From Candidatus Thorarchaeota archaeon (GTDB lineage: Archaea; Asgardarchaeota; Thorarchaeia; Thorarchaeales; Thorarchaeaceae): a DNA stretch of 64,000 bases. Under the pieces are notes generated by a model. The model saw only the letters and a program-made list of their open reading frames with translations, did not search any database and was not told the origin of the DNA. A program made the position numbers and the translations under genes. Within the stretch, counting starts at the first letter, position 1. Each line of letters starts with the position of its first letter. Shown here piece after piece: positions 10,804 to 20,512 of this stretch. The stretch lies in the NCBI GenBank assembly GCA_048884965.1, contig JBHLQH010000005.1:64001-128000 (forward strand). Direction: 5' to 3'.

Positions 10804-11568
10804 CTAACGGTCCTCAGGATTCAAGAAGTGAGATAATGGTAGAGTGGTCCCAAAAGCGACTGGCTTTGATCGTGACGTCCGCCTGATTGGCAGGTTCGGG
10901 TGCTTTGCAAGGGTATATCTGACATACGACTTCATCTCTTCGACATGGACATGGATCTGGCTACAGCTTGCAAGCGCCTTTCCTCCTGCTGGTGAATACT
11001 GCGACTTCTCTGATATCGGGGCTGAGATGATCGTGAATAGTCCTTTCTGTAATGTGAAGGTCATGAGTCGAGTTGCCATATGTGTTATCTGCTGTGCCGC
11101 CTCTCCTGTCATCCCCTCTCCTATGTATAGGTCGGGAAGACCCGTCACCAGTAGAAACCGTGCCGGAACTCTTTCGAAGAAACTCTCCAGCTGGTTCATG
11201 ACCACATCATATGTCTGGGATGAGTTGAATGCCCGAGTGATGTAGATGTTGTCCATGACCTCTTCCGGTTCAAGCTCCAGTTCGAAGGAGTAGTCTGTCA
11301 GTTTCTCAATCTTCAACATGTTCGCACTGTCGATGATGATGGTTGGACTTGCAAGTCCTCCTCGCTTCTCTGGAACCTGTGCATGAACTGCGATCTTCAG
11401 GAGGTCGTTGTGTAAACTACGCTCTCCGTAGAACAGGTGTGTGATCCCACTCTCAAGCCCACCCCCCAATAGCTCATCTATAGCAGTTATGCCGGTGCTC
11501 ATCCTCATTCTAACTACCTGATCCGCTGTAAAGAAGCCTGGTACAAGGTTGGGCTTGGTCTTCTTCAT
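10804..11568 (-). CDS. RadA/RadB (RecA-family) paralogue with a degenerate Walker A
   Basis: STGITAIDELLGGGLESGITHLFYG and MDNIYITRAFNSSQ match RadA/Rad51. The P-loop reads GERSLHND, with no GKT/S. The start is placed at MKKTKP. Confidence 0.75.
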   Translation of the reverse strand: MKKTKPNLVPGFFTADQVVRMRMSTGITAIDELLGGGLESGITHLFYGERSLHNDLLKIAVHAQVPEKRGGLASPTIIIDSANMLKIEKLTDYSFELELEPEEVMDNIYITRAFNSSQTYDVVMNQLESFFERVPARFLLVTGLPDLYIGEGMTGEAAQQITHMATRLMTFTLQKGLFTIISAPISEKSQYSPAGGKALASCSQIHVHVEEMKSYVRYTLAKHPNLPIRRTSRSKPVAFGTTLPLSHFLNPEDR

Positions 11569-11679
11569 GTCACATAATAGTACCATGGGGTCTCTAATAA
11601 CCGCCCCCAAAACTTCCCCGGGCAGGGAGCTTTTAAGTCGACATATGCATGTATGAGAGTGACATTGCCGGGAGGAAGC

Positions 11680-11895
11680 ATGTTGAAACAACAACAAATG
11701 ATACGCGTCTGTCCGAAATGCGGTAGTCCGCGGATTCGTGAGGCTGCAAGTTCTGTTGGCGGCTGGCTGGTCCCTACAACTTATTATTGTGAAGAGAAAT
11801 CTTGTGGCTACTCAGGATCTATCTATGTCGAAGTTAAGGCTGAGGAGCTAGACGAGATGCGTAGATTAATGAACGGAACCGAGGAGTCTGAGTAG
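11680..11895 (+). CDS. Small zinc-ribbon protein
   Basis: CPKCG...YYCEEKSCGY, with GGAGGA upstream. Confidence 0.7.
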   Translation: MLKQQQMIRVCPKCGSPRIREAASSVGGWLVPTTYYCEEKSCGYSGSIYVEVKAEELDEMRRLMNGTEESE

Positions 11896-11977
11896 GCCTT
11901 CATTCTCTTTCAATTCTGACGCTCCGAAACGGTCTTATAGTACGAATAGTCTGTAAAAGCCATTAGGTGAATAAACC

Positions 11978-12418
11978 ATGGTAAAAGTTGACGAGTTCGA
12001 CTTCCCAGATGATCTCCGCTACTATTCAAGCGAAACCGATTCACTATGGTTGAAGGATGAGGGTGGAAAGATCAGGCTAGGAATAACACAGCTTGGTGCA
12101 TTTGCAGCAGGCAAAATCAAGTTCATTCGACTCCGACCTGCAGGCAAGGACGTAAAATCCGGGAGGAGTATTGGAACACTAGAGTCCGGTAAGTGGACTG
12201 GTGCAGTCAAGGCTCCAGTTGGTGGTGTTATTACTGAGGTCAATGATGCCCTCAAGGATAATCCCGCACTCCTGAATGACGACCCCTATGGTGCTGGATG
12301 GATCGCATTGATCGACCCAGAGGACATGGGCGAGTTCAACGCACTTGTTGGTGGTGGCGCTCTTGAGGCTTGGGCCAAGGAAGAAGTCGCATCCAAGAAG
12401 GCAATGAAGGGCGAATAG
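11978..12418 (+). CDS. gcvH: Glycine cleavage H-like lipoyl-carrier protein (GcvH/LbpA-like)
   Basis: RLGIT, lipoyl-Lys motif TLESGKWTGAVKAPVGG.I.EVN, and LLNDDPYGAGWI. AGGTGA RBS upstream. Confidence 0.85.
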   Translation: MVKVDEFDFPDDLRYYSSETDSLWLKDEGGKIRLGITQLGAFAAGKIKFIRLRPAGKDVKSGRSIGTLESGKWTGAVKAPVGGVITEVNDALKDNPALLNDDPYGAGWIALIDPEDMGEFNALVGGGALEAWAKEEVASKKAMKGE

Positions 12419-12434
12419 AATAATATGCTAGTTC

Positions 12435-12472
12435 AAGTGTGGCCGGGTTCCCGGCCTACACACTTTCATTTT
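12435..12472 (+). terminator. GC hairpin plus T-tract
   Basis: aagtgt-GGCCGG-gttc-CCGGCC-t-acacactt-tcattttt directly after the gcvH-like gene. Confidence 0.6.
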
Positions 12473-12538
12473 TGGATTGATGGTGCTTCTGTCAACTTAC
12501 TTTCGATGCTCTACATGAGTGCGGCATCTTGTAGACTT

Positions 12539-13675
12539 CTACTTTCTCCTAGCAAGTTCTCGTCTCAAACTCATTGCTGCATCATACAGAATCTCTGGCG
12601 GAACAAGAACATAGAGCAAGTTCTGTGAATAGCCTGACTCAAAGACAACACTCTGGAATATCAGGGTTTGAAGACTCTTCTCGATATCTGCAACAACATA
12701 ACGTACGCCGAGTTCCTCACACTTGACCTGAACGATCTCGTTGAGGGTCTGTCTATCGACATAGGTTTCTGTCTTATATCGCATCAGATGCTCTGCGAGC
12801 GCCTCAAGTACAAGCAAGGTCATGAAATCATTCATGCTGATGGTATCTATCGTATCCATGTAGTCCTGATCGTAGGCGAATTGCGCGATCTCAGAAGTAG
12901 CAGCACGTACTGTGTCTGAGTCAATCTCCTTTCCTGTTGAAGCCATGGGCCAGAGTGCCTTTAGGGCTTCAATGGATGTCTTTGGCTTGGATGCATCGAA
13001 CTCGCAAACGATGTCTGTGATGTAGCGGACAATCTCGTCAGTCAATCCATGAGTGAATGTATCCTCAACGCGCATACGCACAATATCATAGAGTTGTCCC
13101 TGCGTGAACGTATCAAGAGGCACCTCGAAGTCGTACGCCATCGAGCTCGCAGCCCCTTTTGTCAGGAGACGATAGTCATGACTATTCAGGACACCTATCG
13201 TACTTGCATTGATCTCCTTTGATAGTCTTGCAACCTTTGCGTATATCTCCTCATTCGTTTCATCAATGTTATCAATTACAAAGACTCCTCTCTTTGGTGA
13301 AACCGAGGCGGTGCGTTTGAATTGCATCCATAGAACATCTTGATCGAATGTGAAAGTTATGGGTGTATTCGTTTGTTGGTGGACCTTATCGTTAAGCTCT
13401 GAGATGATCTCAAGAGTATCCTTGTTCTTCGCATCCACGTAAATGGTGTACGCATCGAACTTCTCTGGGACTAGTTTTGTGAGGAAGTAACGCGAGAAGA
13501 CTGTCATGCCTACCCCTGTGATCCCGTGGACTAGGCAGTTTACTCCATACTCATCAGTATAGGAATCTGCGTAGATGCCTCCAATAGTATCGAGTTCTCT
13601 GTCCCTGTGCAACAGCTTCTTCGGGACGTAGTAAGGATCGAAGAGCCCTTTCGGGCTAGTGTCCACCCTCTTCAT
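12539..13675 (-). CDS. Divergent Orc1/Cdc6-family AAA+ protein
   Basis: The N-terminus FDPYYVPKKLLHRDRELDTI is typical of Cdc6. Walker A is GITGVGMT (K>M) and Walker B is VFVIDNID. A wHTH-like region is at the C-terminus. Confidence 0.75.
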   Translation of the reverse strand: MKRVDTSPKGLFDPYYVPKKLLHRDRELDTIGGIYADSYTDEYGVNCLVHGITGVGMTVFSRYFLTKLVPEKFDAYTIYVDAKNKDTLEIISELNDKVHQQTNTPITFTFDQDVLWMQFKRTASVSPKRGVFVIDNIDETNEEIYAKVARLSKEINASTIGVLNSHDYRLLTKGAASSMAYDFEVPLDTFTQGQLYDIVRMRVEDTFTHGLTDEIVRYITDIVCEFDASKPKTSIEALKALWPMASTGKEIDSDTVRAATSEIAQFAYDQDYMDTIDTISMNDFMTLLVLEALAEHLMRYKTETYVDRQTLNEIVQVKCEELGVRYVVADIEKSLQTLIFQSVVFESGYSQNLLYVLVPPEILYDAAMSLRRELARRK

Positions 13676-13749
13676 TGTTATCATACGTTTGTCTCTAAGG
13701 CCATATATAAAGACCTCAGAGACATAACCGAAACTATTCTCTCGATCTT

Positions 13750-15087
13750 CTACACCATCGAGGCTAGAGTATCATTGCAATTCGGGTCGAGAACAAAGGA
13801 ATTGAAGCCTGCACCAAGTATCCTCCTGAGTTCCATCAGTCTTGCATTCTTTGCTTCATCTGAGAAAGGCCACTTATGCTCAGGTTTTGGTGTGATCTTC
13901 AGTTTCTTACATAGGCTGACGATATCTAGGAGGCATTGATAGATCTCTCTCCCTGGCTTGTTCTCTGGTCTGATTTCTCGAGAGTGGAGGATAATCCCGT
14001 ATGTAGCAGTGTTGTCCCCTAAGTACCATTTGCTGGGTCCATGTCCATATTTGGCGAACGGCTCAAAATCATGGCTACGGAGGAGCGCGTTGACCTCATC
14101 TATCCCATCCTGCATCTTCAATAGACTATCAGCGTAGAACCCATATCCCTCGAAGAGGGCAACCTGATTTCCCACCTTTGGTTGACGCTTTGGAAGCTTT
14201 ATTCGTACATCCTTCATATGTGCGACTTCTTCCTTTGGCAGTATCTTCAAATCAGCGAATTCCTTGATTTGCATCATGGCTTCTTCAGTGCCTTCTAATA
14301 CATGTACAGGTGGAGTGAGGTCTCCACGCACATCTTCGTGAGCAGCTGCTATGACTTCTCCGTACTCGATAGGGATTTCCTGTTTGATCATCTTATCTAG
14401 AGCTTCGCCAGCTTCATTGTTTGTTGGATAGTTCACTATTCCACCAATGACAGGTTTCGACTGGATAGGTTTGATCGTAAGACGCATCTCTGAGATATAT
14501 CCTAGGGTCCCATGAGCACTTGCGACATCATGAATTGTCATCTTGTGACGGTTGAGTTCTGCTTCTAGGTCTGGATCGCTACTCTTCACACCATCCCATG
14601 AAACTGTTAGTTTTCTGCCATCATAGAGAACCATTCTAACTCTCTGAGTATTGTCTCTCATGGTGCCATTGACCCACGTGTCATTTCCTCCGCCATCCGT
14701 GCTGAGAATTCCTCCAACTGTGGCGATGTCCCTACTACTTGGAGCAACGAATAGCTTCATCTTCATGGGGGCGAGAACCTCATTGATCTCATCCGGAGTA
14801 GCCCCGGGCTGTACGTCGATATACCCTTGATCCTTTGATATTGCCAAGACCTCTCGCATCTGAAGGCTGCTTATCATTACTCGATCTTCATCTCCGCCTG
14901 TGCAGGCTCCGCTGAGTCCTGACCCTCCACCTTTCGGTGTTACACCAAATCCTTGCTCCTTGGCTTTTACAACGATATCGATGAGATCCTGCTCAGTCCT
15001 TGGGTAGAAGACTCCTTTGATTTTCTTGAAGTTCAATCTGTAGTACATAGAAGCATTTGCGCCAATTGCGTAATCCCGAAGCTTCAC
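13750..15087 (-). CDS. FAD-binding oxidoreductase (GlcD/D-lactate dehydrogenase-like, PCMH-type)
   Basis: VTPKGGGSGLSG, VQPG, ATVGGILSTDGGG and HGTLGYISE motifs. The GTG start follows GGAGGTGA and is coupled to the upstream gene. Confidence 0.8.
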   Translation of the reverse strand: MKLRDYAIGANASMYYRLNFKKIKGVFYPRTEQDLIDIVVKAKEQGFGVTPKGGGSGLSGACTGGDEDRVMISSLQMREVLAISKDQGYIDVQPGATPDEINEVLAPMKMKLFVAPSSRDIATVGGILSTDGGGNDTWVNGTMRDNTQRVRMVLYDGRKLTVSWDGVKSSDPDLEAELNRHKMTIHDVASAHGTLGYISEMRLTIKPIQSKPVIGGIVNYPTNNEAGEALDKMIKQEIPIEYGEVIAAAHEDVRGDLTPPVHVLEGTEEAMMQIKEFADLKILPKEEVAHMKDVRIKLPKRQPKVGNQVALFEGYGFYADSLLKMQDGIDEVNALLRSHDFEPFAKYGHGPSKWYLGDNTATYGIILHSREIRPENKPGREIYQCLLDIVSLCKKLKITPKPEHKWPFSDEAKNARLMELRRILGAGFNSFVLDPNCNDTLASMV

Positions 15088-15088
15088 T

Positions 15089-16195
15089 CTAGTCACCTCC
15101 CCTCTCAAGAGCCTCTGCAACAAGTTCGACAATATCTCGTGTTTTGAGGTTGTTACTCAGAAGCTGTTCGCGACATGATGGACAACATGTCAGTACTGTC
15201 GTTTCCTTGAGTCCTTCGCTTGCAGCTCGCATGTTGATGATAATATCACTAAGATTAGCGTCGGTCATTCGCAAGAGACCTCCGCCTCCACAGCAACTGG
15301 GCTTAATATCGCGATATTTTACTTTCATCTTGTTCATGAGTGACCTCGGCTCTTTCTTTATCTCAAGGATTCTATGTAGCTCACATGGATCGTGATATGC
15401 AAAGGTTTGATCCGTTTTGTACTCTGGAAGTTGCTTATGAAGTACATCGAAGTATTGTGTGTGATGAAGCGCTTCGATACCTTCTAACTCATGATGCTCT
15501 TTCAGTTGGATCAAGCATCCAGGGCAGCATGTAATAACCTTCTTTGCATCCGCATCAACAATGACCGCTTTGTTGTGCTTCCTGAGTTCGGACGCGCCTT
15601 CATCATTTCCCATTAGATATAGTGGATGACCGCAGCAGAACTCCTCAGCTCCCATAACCATGTAGTCAGATTCAGATTTCTCCAAGGCTCTGAATAATGC
15701 TCGCAGCACATCAAGCTGTGAACTCCTGAATGACATGAGGCACCCGAGGAATACCATAACTTCAGCCTTCTTACCAGGTTCATAGACTCTATCAGCAAGA
15801 CCTGGGATCTCATCCTCAAGCTCGTCAAGCCAGAACATGGCTCTGTCCTCAGGATCTAGACCATAGATGTTTTGGACGTTCTCCAACGCATCTTGTAGAG
15901 GACTCAGATAGGCAAACTCTTCTGGATGCTCATGAACTGCTTTGCCTCTCTGCTCATGCCAAATCTTCAATAGATCAACATCCGAGGAGCAAGTCTCTTT
16001 GCATCTACCGCACATCGTGCAGGTGAATAGAAGCTTCCTAAACTCCTTTGCGGCTTCTGGATCTTGTTCTACTTGATCCATTATCTGAAGCAGATAGTTC
16101 TTCCCTCTCGGGGAGTATTGTTCCTCGCCCATGGCATCAAAGATAGGGCATATTTTCAAACATGAACCACATCGAACGCAGCGGTCGTATGACAT
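15089..16195 (-). CDS. (Fe-S)-binding oxidoreductase subunit, GlcF/HdrD-like with CCG domains
   Basis: Two ferredoxin motifs (CVRCGSCLKICP, CTMCGRCKETC) plus CCG domains (FLGC, CCGHP, TCCPGC, YHDPC, CCGGGG, TCCPSC). Confidence 0.9.
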   Translation of the reverse strand: MSYDRCVRCGSCLKICPIFDAMGEEQYSPRGKNYLLQIMDQVEQDPEAAKEFRKLLFTCTMCGRCKETCSSDVDLLKIWHEQRGKAVHEHPEEFAYLSPLQDALENVQNIYGLDPEDRAMFWLDELEDEIPGLADRVYEPGKKAEVMVFLGCLMSFRSSQLDVLRALFRALEKSESDYMVMGAEEFCCGHPLYLMGNDEGASELRKHNKAVIVDADAKKVITCCPGCLIQLKEHHELEGIEALHHTQYFDVLHKQLPEYKTDQTFAYHDPCELHRILEIKKEPRSLMNKMKVKYRDIKPSCCGGGGLLRMTDANLSDIIINMRAASEGLKETTVLTCCPSCREQLLSNNLKTRDIVELVAEALERGGD

Positions 16196-16468
16196 TTTTG
16201 TAACTCCTAAATAGAGGACGTTCCTTTTTCTGAAATCATACATAAAAAGGGGTCGCTACGGTCGTACCCCTCCATATTCCTAGCTAGAATGGCTGAAACA
16301 TATCATAGTGTCCTTTTCTTATGTGTTGTTACCGTGGTCGGTGCGTATTTATGTACCAACCTCCGAAGACAACTAGAAGCTGGGTTAGCCTGTGAGCAAA
16401 AGCATTGCTCCTTCCGTTGTCTATTTAATCGGAAGCTTCGCCACCAATCATGTTAAAGGTCGATATCC

Positions 16469-18430
16469 GTGACTCGAAGGAAAGGAATTGGGATTGTTAT
16501 CATCTTTCTTGTTCTACTAGTTGGCTCAGTGTATTTGCTACCCTTCTTCCAACCAGATAATGGAACTCACGGTGAAGATGAACTTGAAATCACACCTCAT
16601 CCATACAACGACCTTAATTGGTGGGATATTCCGTGGGAGTTGGCTTCCAGTGCTAATCTTGTGACCCACATGCTTGCCATTGATCGCAACAGCTATCGCC
16701 ACATGCTAACAGTTCCTGGTGAATACTACGATGCGGCTGAAACCATAGCTGGAATCCTTGAAGGATACGGTCTTGAAACTTGGTATGAAGGGGCACATGA
16801 GTCACTAATGGCTGTGAAGAGAGGGTTTGGAAGCGACAACAGGGCCTTGGTTTTCACTGCATATCTCGATACTGAAGTTGGCTATGCCTACACTCTGCAA
16901 CACAATACCGGGGCGTGCGCAATGTTAGCCCTAATAGCGGAGCTTCTCAGAAATTACAGACTTTCAATTGATGTTTACTTCTGTTTTCCTTCATACTCAA
17001 AATCAGGTGACTATACACCAAGTGGTATTCTTGTTCCACTCCATTATGGCGCCCAAGAGATTTCTGATTATCTCATAGCCGAGTCTGTCGATGTACTTGC
17101 TTTGTATGATTTTGAGGGACTTATGCTCGCTGATGAAGGCTATTTCGTAGGATATGATGGAACTGAAACCTATCGACGTTCTACATTCCTTATTGAGATG
17201 TTGGACGTATTCCTGAAGCAGGGTGGGTATGACATCCTCACTTCTGGAATAAATGATTTTGATCTTTCTGATCAAGTTGTGTATCTCGCAAGAGGTTTTC
17301 CAACCATTCATGTAGAAAGCGTTGCAGAGATAGATTCAGAAGACCCCCCTTCTGATACGATTTACAGCTCTGACTATAACAATGAATATGTTACTGCTCT
17401 AGGAAAGGCATGTGCTGCAATGGCAGTATTCCTCTCCTATAGTGGGAATGGGAACGATGTCAAGCAGTTATACGTAACAGACTTGGAGCCATCAAGTTCA
17501 GCTACAATATGGACTATGATGTCATCGAGCCAGAGCATCTTTGTTTACGCTCAGTCCAATGTGAGCACTTCAATAAGGTTCACACTTCAAAGTCCCCTTG
17601 GCGACACGATTACTGAGATGACCGAAGAGGGGCAGAACATCACTTCCTCCTTCAGTGTGAATTCAGGTATAGGTCCCAAATTGATTACAGTTAGAAATAA
17701 CGGTAACGAGAGCATTCACATTAGGGTCACTTTCGAGTATATCAACGACTTTGATGGTGATAGTATCAGTGATGCAGAACAATATACTTGGGATGATCCC
17801 GTACCTGCATTAGACTGGGATCATGATGCACTCTCTGATGAGGATGAGGTTATTGCAGGTACCGATATTTTTGTAGATGATACAGACATGGACTCAATGT
17901 CTGATGGGTATGAATATGTTTTTGGATTAGATCCTCTCTCCGATGACACCTTGGAGGATCTCGACCAAGATGGACTAACTAATCTACGAGAGCTTGGGCT
18001 GGGTACATTTCCAAATAGCACAGACACTGATCAAGACACTCTGGATGATAATTGGGAGGTCACATTTCTAACAAATCCTCTCGTCGATGATGCCCAAGAG
18101 GATCCTGATAATGATACTCTTACTAACCTTGAAGAGTATGAACATGGTGCAGATCCATTGTCATCGGATGGTGACTTTGATGGCATTCCTGATGCTGATG
18201 AAGTAGAATTGGGCACGAATCCCTTAAACTCAGATTCTGACTCTGATGGACTTAGAGATCAGCTTGAGATACTTGAAGGACTAGATCCACTTGTACCAGA
18301 CTATGATGTGGATCTATCACCTGATGGACCTGATAGAAATCCACGTATCAACGCGCTGCTCGTCATCATTGGATTGGCACTTATTCCTGTCCTTATTGGA
18401 ACTGCCTATTTCTTCAGGAAAATCCGCTAG
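16469..18430 (+). CDS. Membrane-anchored M28-peptidase-like protein (degenerate Zn ligands) with DxDxDG Ca-binding (TSP3-like) repeats; paralogue 1
   Basis: N-terminal signal/anchor. M28-fold motifs ALVFTAYLDT, HNTGACAML, SDQVVYLARGFPTI. Repeats D.D.D.LSD..E...GT(D/N)P at about 17745-18340. C-terminal TM helix. Confidence 0.75.
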   Translation: MTRRKGIGIVIIFLVLLVGSVYLLPFFQPDNGTHGEDELEITPHPYNDLNWWDIPWELASSANLVTHMLAIDRNSYRHMLTVPGEYYDAAETIAGILEGYGLETWYEGAHESLMAVKRGFGSDNRALVFTAYLDTEVGYAYTLQHNTGACAMLALIAELLRNYRLSIDVYFCFPSYSKSGDYTPSGILVPLHYGAQEISDYLIAESVDVLALYDFEGLMLADEGYFVGYDGTETYRRSTFLIEMLDVFLKQGGYDILTSGINDFDLSDQVVYLARGFPTIHVESVAEIDSEDPPSDTIYSSDYNNEYVTALGKACAAMAVFLSYSGNGNDVKQLYVTDLEPSSSATIWTMMSSSQSIFVYAQSNVSTSIRFTLQSPLGDTITEMTEEGQNITSSFSVNSGIGPKLITVRNNGNESIHIRVTFEYINDFDGDSISDAEQYTWDDPVPALDWDHDALSDEDEVIAGTDIFVDDTDMDSMSDGYEYVFGLDPLSDDTLEDLDQDGLTNLRELGLGTFPNSTDTDQDTLDDNWEVTFLTNPLVDDAQEDPDNDTLTNLEEYEHGADPLSSDGDFDGIPDADEVELGTNPLNSDSDSDGLRDQLEILEGLDPLVPDYDVDLSPDGPDRNPRINALLVIIGLALIPVLIGTAYFFRKIR

Positions 18431-18501
18431 ATGCCATTGTGCTATAGTCGCACGCTTTATCAAGGAATACGCATCACGCCAAATACGCAGGCGGTACCAA
18501 A

Positions 18502-20463
18502 TTGTCGAGCAGAAAAAAGGCAGGATCTGTTCTCTTCTTAGTGTTGATACTAAGCGCTGTGAGTTATGCCCTCTTCGTTGAATTATATCCAAAGGAAGAG
18601 ATCGTTCCTAATGAAGTCGAGATTATCCCTCATTATTTCAATTCTCTCAACTGGTGGGATTTGCCATGGGAACTAACTGGAACTGGAGAGTTCCTAACAC
18701 CCTTGGTTGCCATGAACGGTGTTCCAAACCGACATCATACTGCAAACCCTGGTGGATACATCGAGGCAGCTGAGTATCTCATTCAGTTACTTGGCGGATG
18801 GGGTATTGAGGCAGATCTAGAAGGTGACTTTCAGTCTGTTTTGGCTCTACAGAGAGGATACTCTGAAAGCAACCGTGCCATTGTCTTTGGTACTCCTCTC
18901 GATACTGCACCATCTTCATCGACTGTGAATTCCAATAGCGCTGGAGTTGCAGTGTTGACTCAGATTGCCCGCATTCTAAGTAGATTCAGATTGCCTGTGG
19001 ATATCTACTATTGCTATTACTCATATTCCATGTTCACTGATCAAGACATCCGTGTACTTTTTGGATCTCAGGAAATAGCGGATGCATTCTTAGATCAGGG
19101 TATTGATGTGATTGCCAGCTTCCATTTTGAGAACCTCCTTTTCTATGATGCAGCACAGGATCCATTTTCAGCACTGCTTGCTGAGTACTCTCCTTCCATC
19201 TCAAGCTATAATGCAGGGGAGTACTTTGCTGACCTTCTAGATTCGATTCTAACCCAGAAGGGGGTCAGTGCCCTTTCTACTAGTGCGTCTACCTCATATC
19301 GCAGCGACTATCTCTCGTTCCTAGACAATGGGTACCCAGCAATCAATATTCGGAGTGGGCACATTATCGATTCAGAGTTCCCTCCAGTTGATGGGGTCTA
19401 CAGCTCTGATTACAATCGAGATAATGCGATGGCTTTGGCAAAGGCATTGTCATCAGTTGCTGTGTTCCTTTCTAATAGTGGGGATGGAAAGCCCATCGTT
19501 CATACCTATACTACGGCAATCGAGCCTGGCTCTACAGCGTACCTCTACACAGTCATGTCAGTCAGTCAGCAACTTGAAGTTAAGGGCATGATGAATGAAA
19601 CAAACAGTCTTGAGATAAGGATTGCCAGACCTGATTCAGTAATTGTTGACGGTGTCGTTACAGGAGCTGATTTCTCTATCACATCTGGATCGTCCTCTGG
19701 GTATGGTCCAATTCTGATATCTGCTAGGAATCTTGGGGATACCTCTATGAATGTCACTCTGAGCGTAGAATACGAGCTCGACACCAATGGAAATGGTATC
19801 TACGATTCGGTTGAGTACTCATGGGATGATCCTGTGCCTGCTTTGGACTGGGACCAAGATGCTTTGAGTGATATTGACGAAGTGCTATCTGGAACAGATA
19901 TCTTTGTGGCTGATACCGATATGGACTCTATGAGTGATGGTTTTGAGGTCCAATATGGCCTAGATCCCCTGAGAGATGACACCCAAGATGATCTTGACGC
20001 AGATGGACTAACCAATATACGGGAGCATTCATTGGGTATCTATCCAAATACGACTGATTCAGATGGAGACATCATGGACGATTACTGGGAGGTCACCTTC
20101 TTGACGAATCCACTTCTTGATGATTCATTGCTTGACTTCGACAACGATACCTTAACCAATCTTGAGGAGTACCAGTATGGTGCTGATCCATTCTCGAATG
20201 ATGGTGACTATGATGGCATCTTGGATTCTGAAGAGGTCGCTCTAGGGATGAATCCCCTAAATTCGGATTCCGACATGGATGGGCTTCGAGACCAACTTGA
20301 GCTTATAGAAGGCCTCGATCCTCTCACTCCTGACTATGATATCGATGTACAACCAGATGGTCCAGATCATAATCCAAGGGTGAATTCTCTTTTAGTGATC
20401 TTTGGCTTGGCATTGATTCCTGTGGCTATAGGAACGATGATATTCTATCGTCGATTGAATTAG
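18502..20463 (+). CDS. Membrane-anchored M28-peptidase-like protein with DxDxDG repeats; paralogue 2
   Basis: Same length (653 aa) and architecture as 16469-18430. Both share LNWWD.PWEL and a near-identical repeat region at about 19780-20375. Confidence 0.75.
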   Translation: MSSRKKAGSVLFLVLILSAVSYALFVELYPKEEIVPNEVEIIPHYFNSLNWWDLPWELTGTGEFLTPLVAMNGVPNRHHTANPGGYIEAAEYLIQLLGGWGIEADLEGDFQSVLALQRGYSESNRAIVFGTPLDTAPSSSTVNSNSAGVAVLTQIARILSRFRLPVDIYYCYYSYSMFTDQDIRVLFGSQEIADAFLDQGIDVIASFHFENLLFYDAAQDPFSALLAEYSPSISSYNAGEYFADLLDSILTQKGVSALSTSASTSYRSDYLSFLDNGYPAINIRSGHIIDSEFPPVDGVYSSDYNRDNAMALAKALSSVAVFLSNSGDGKPIVHTYTTAIEPGSTAYLYTVMSVSQQLEVKGMMNETNSLEIRIARPDSVIVDGVVTGADFSITSGSSSGYGPILISARNLGDTSMNVTLSVEYELDTNGNGIYDSVEYSWDDPVPALDWDQDALSDIDEVLSGTDIFVADTDMDSMSDGFEVQYGLDPLRDDTQDDLDADGLTNIREHSLGIYPNTTDSDGDIMDDYWEVTFLTNPLLDDSLLDFDNDTLTNLEEYQYGADPFSNDGDYDGILDSEEVALGMNPLNSDSDMDGLRDQLELIEGLDPLTPDYDIDVQPDGPDHNPRVNSLLVIFGLALIPVAIGTMIFYRRLN

Positions 20464-20469
20464 AGCATT

Positions 20470-20506
20470 CAGAAAAAGATGGAAGTGCGGCGGGATTCCG
20501 CCGCAT
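20470..20506. terminator. Bidirectional hairpin terminator
   Basis: gTGCGGCGG-gatt-CCGCCGCAt between convergent genes, with a T-tract on the minus strand. Confidence 0.6.
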
Positions 20507-20512
20507 TGAATT

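Noticed and set aside
12419-13749. Replication origin next to the Cdc6-like gene
   Set aside because: The flanking gaps are short (~120 and ~75 bp) and show no ORB repeats or AT-rich unwinding element.
16200-16468. tRNA or ncRNA in the divergent intergenic gap
   Set aside because: Only short hairpins are present, with no cloverleaf or T-loop consensus.
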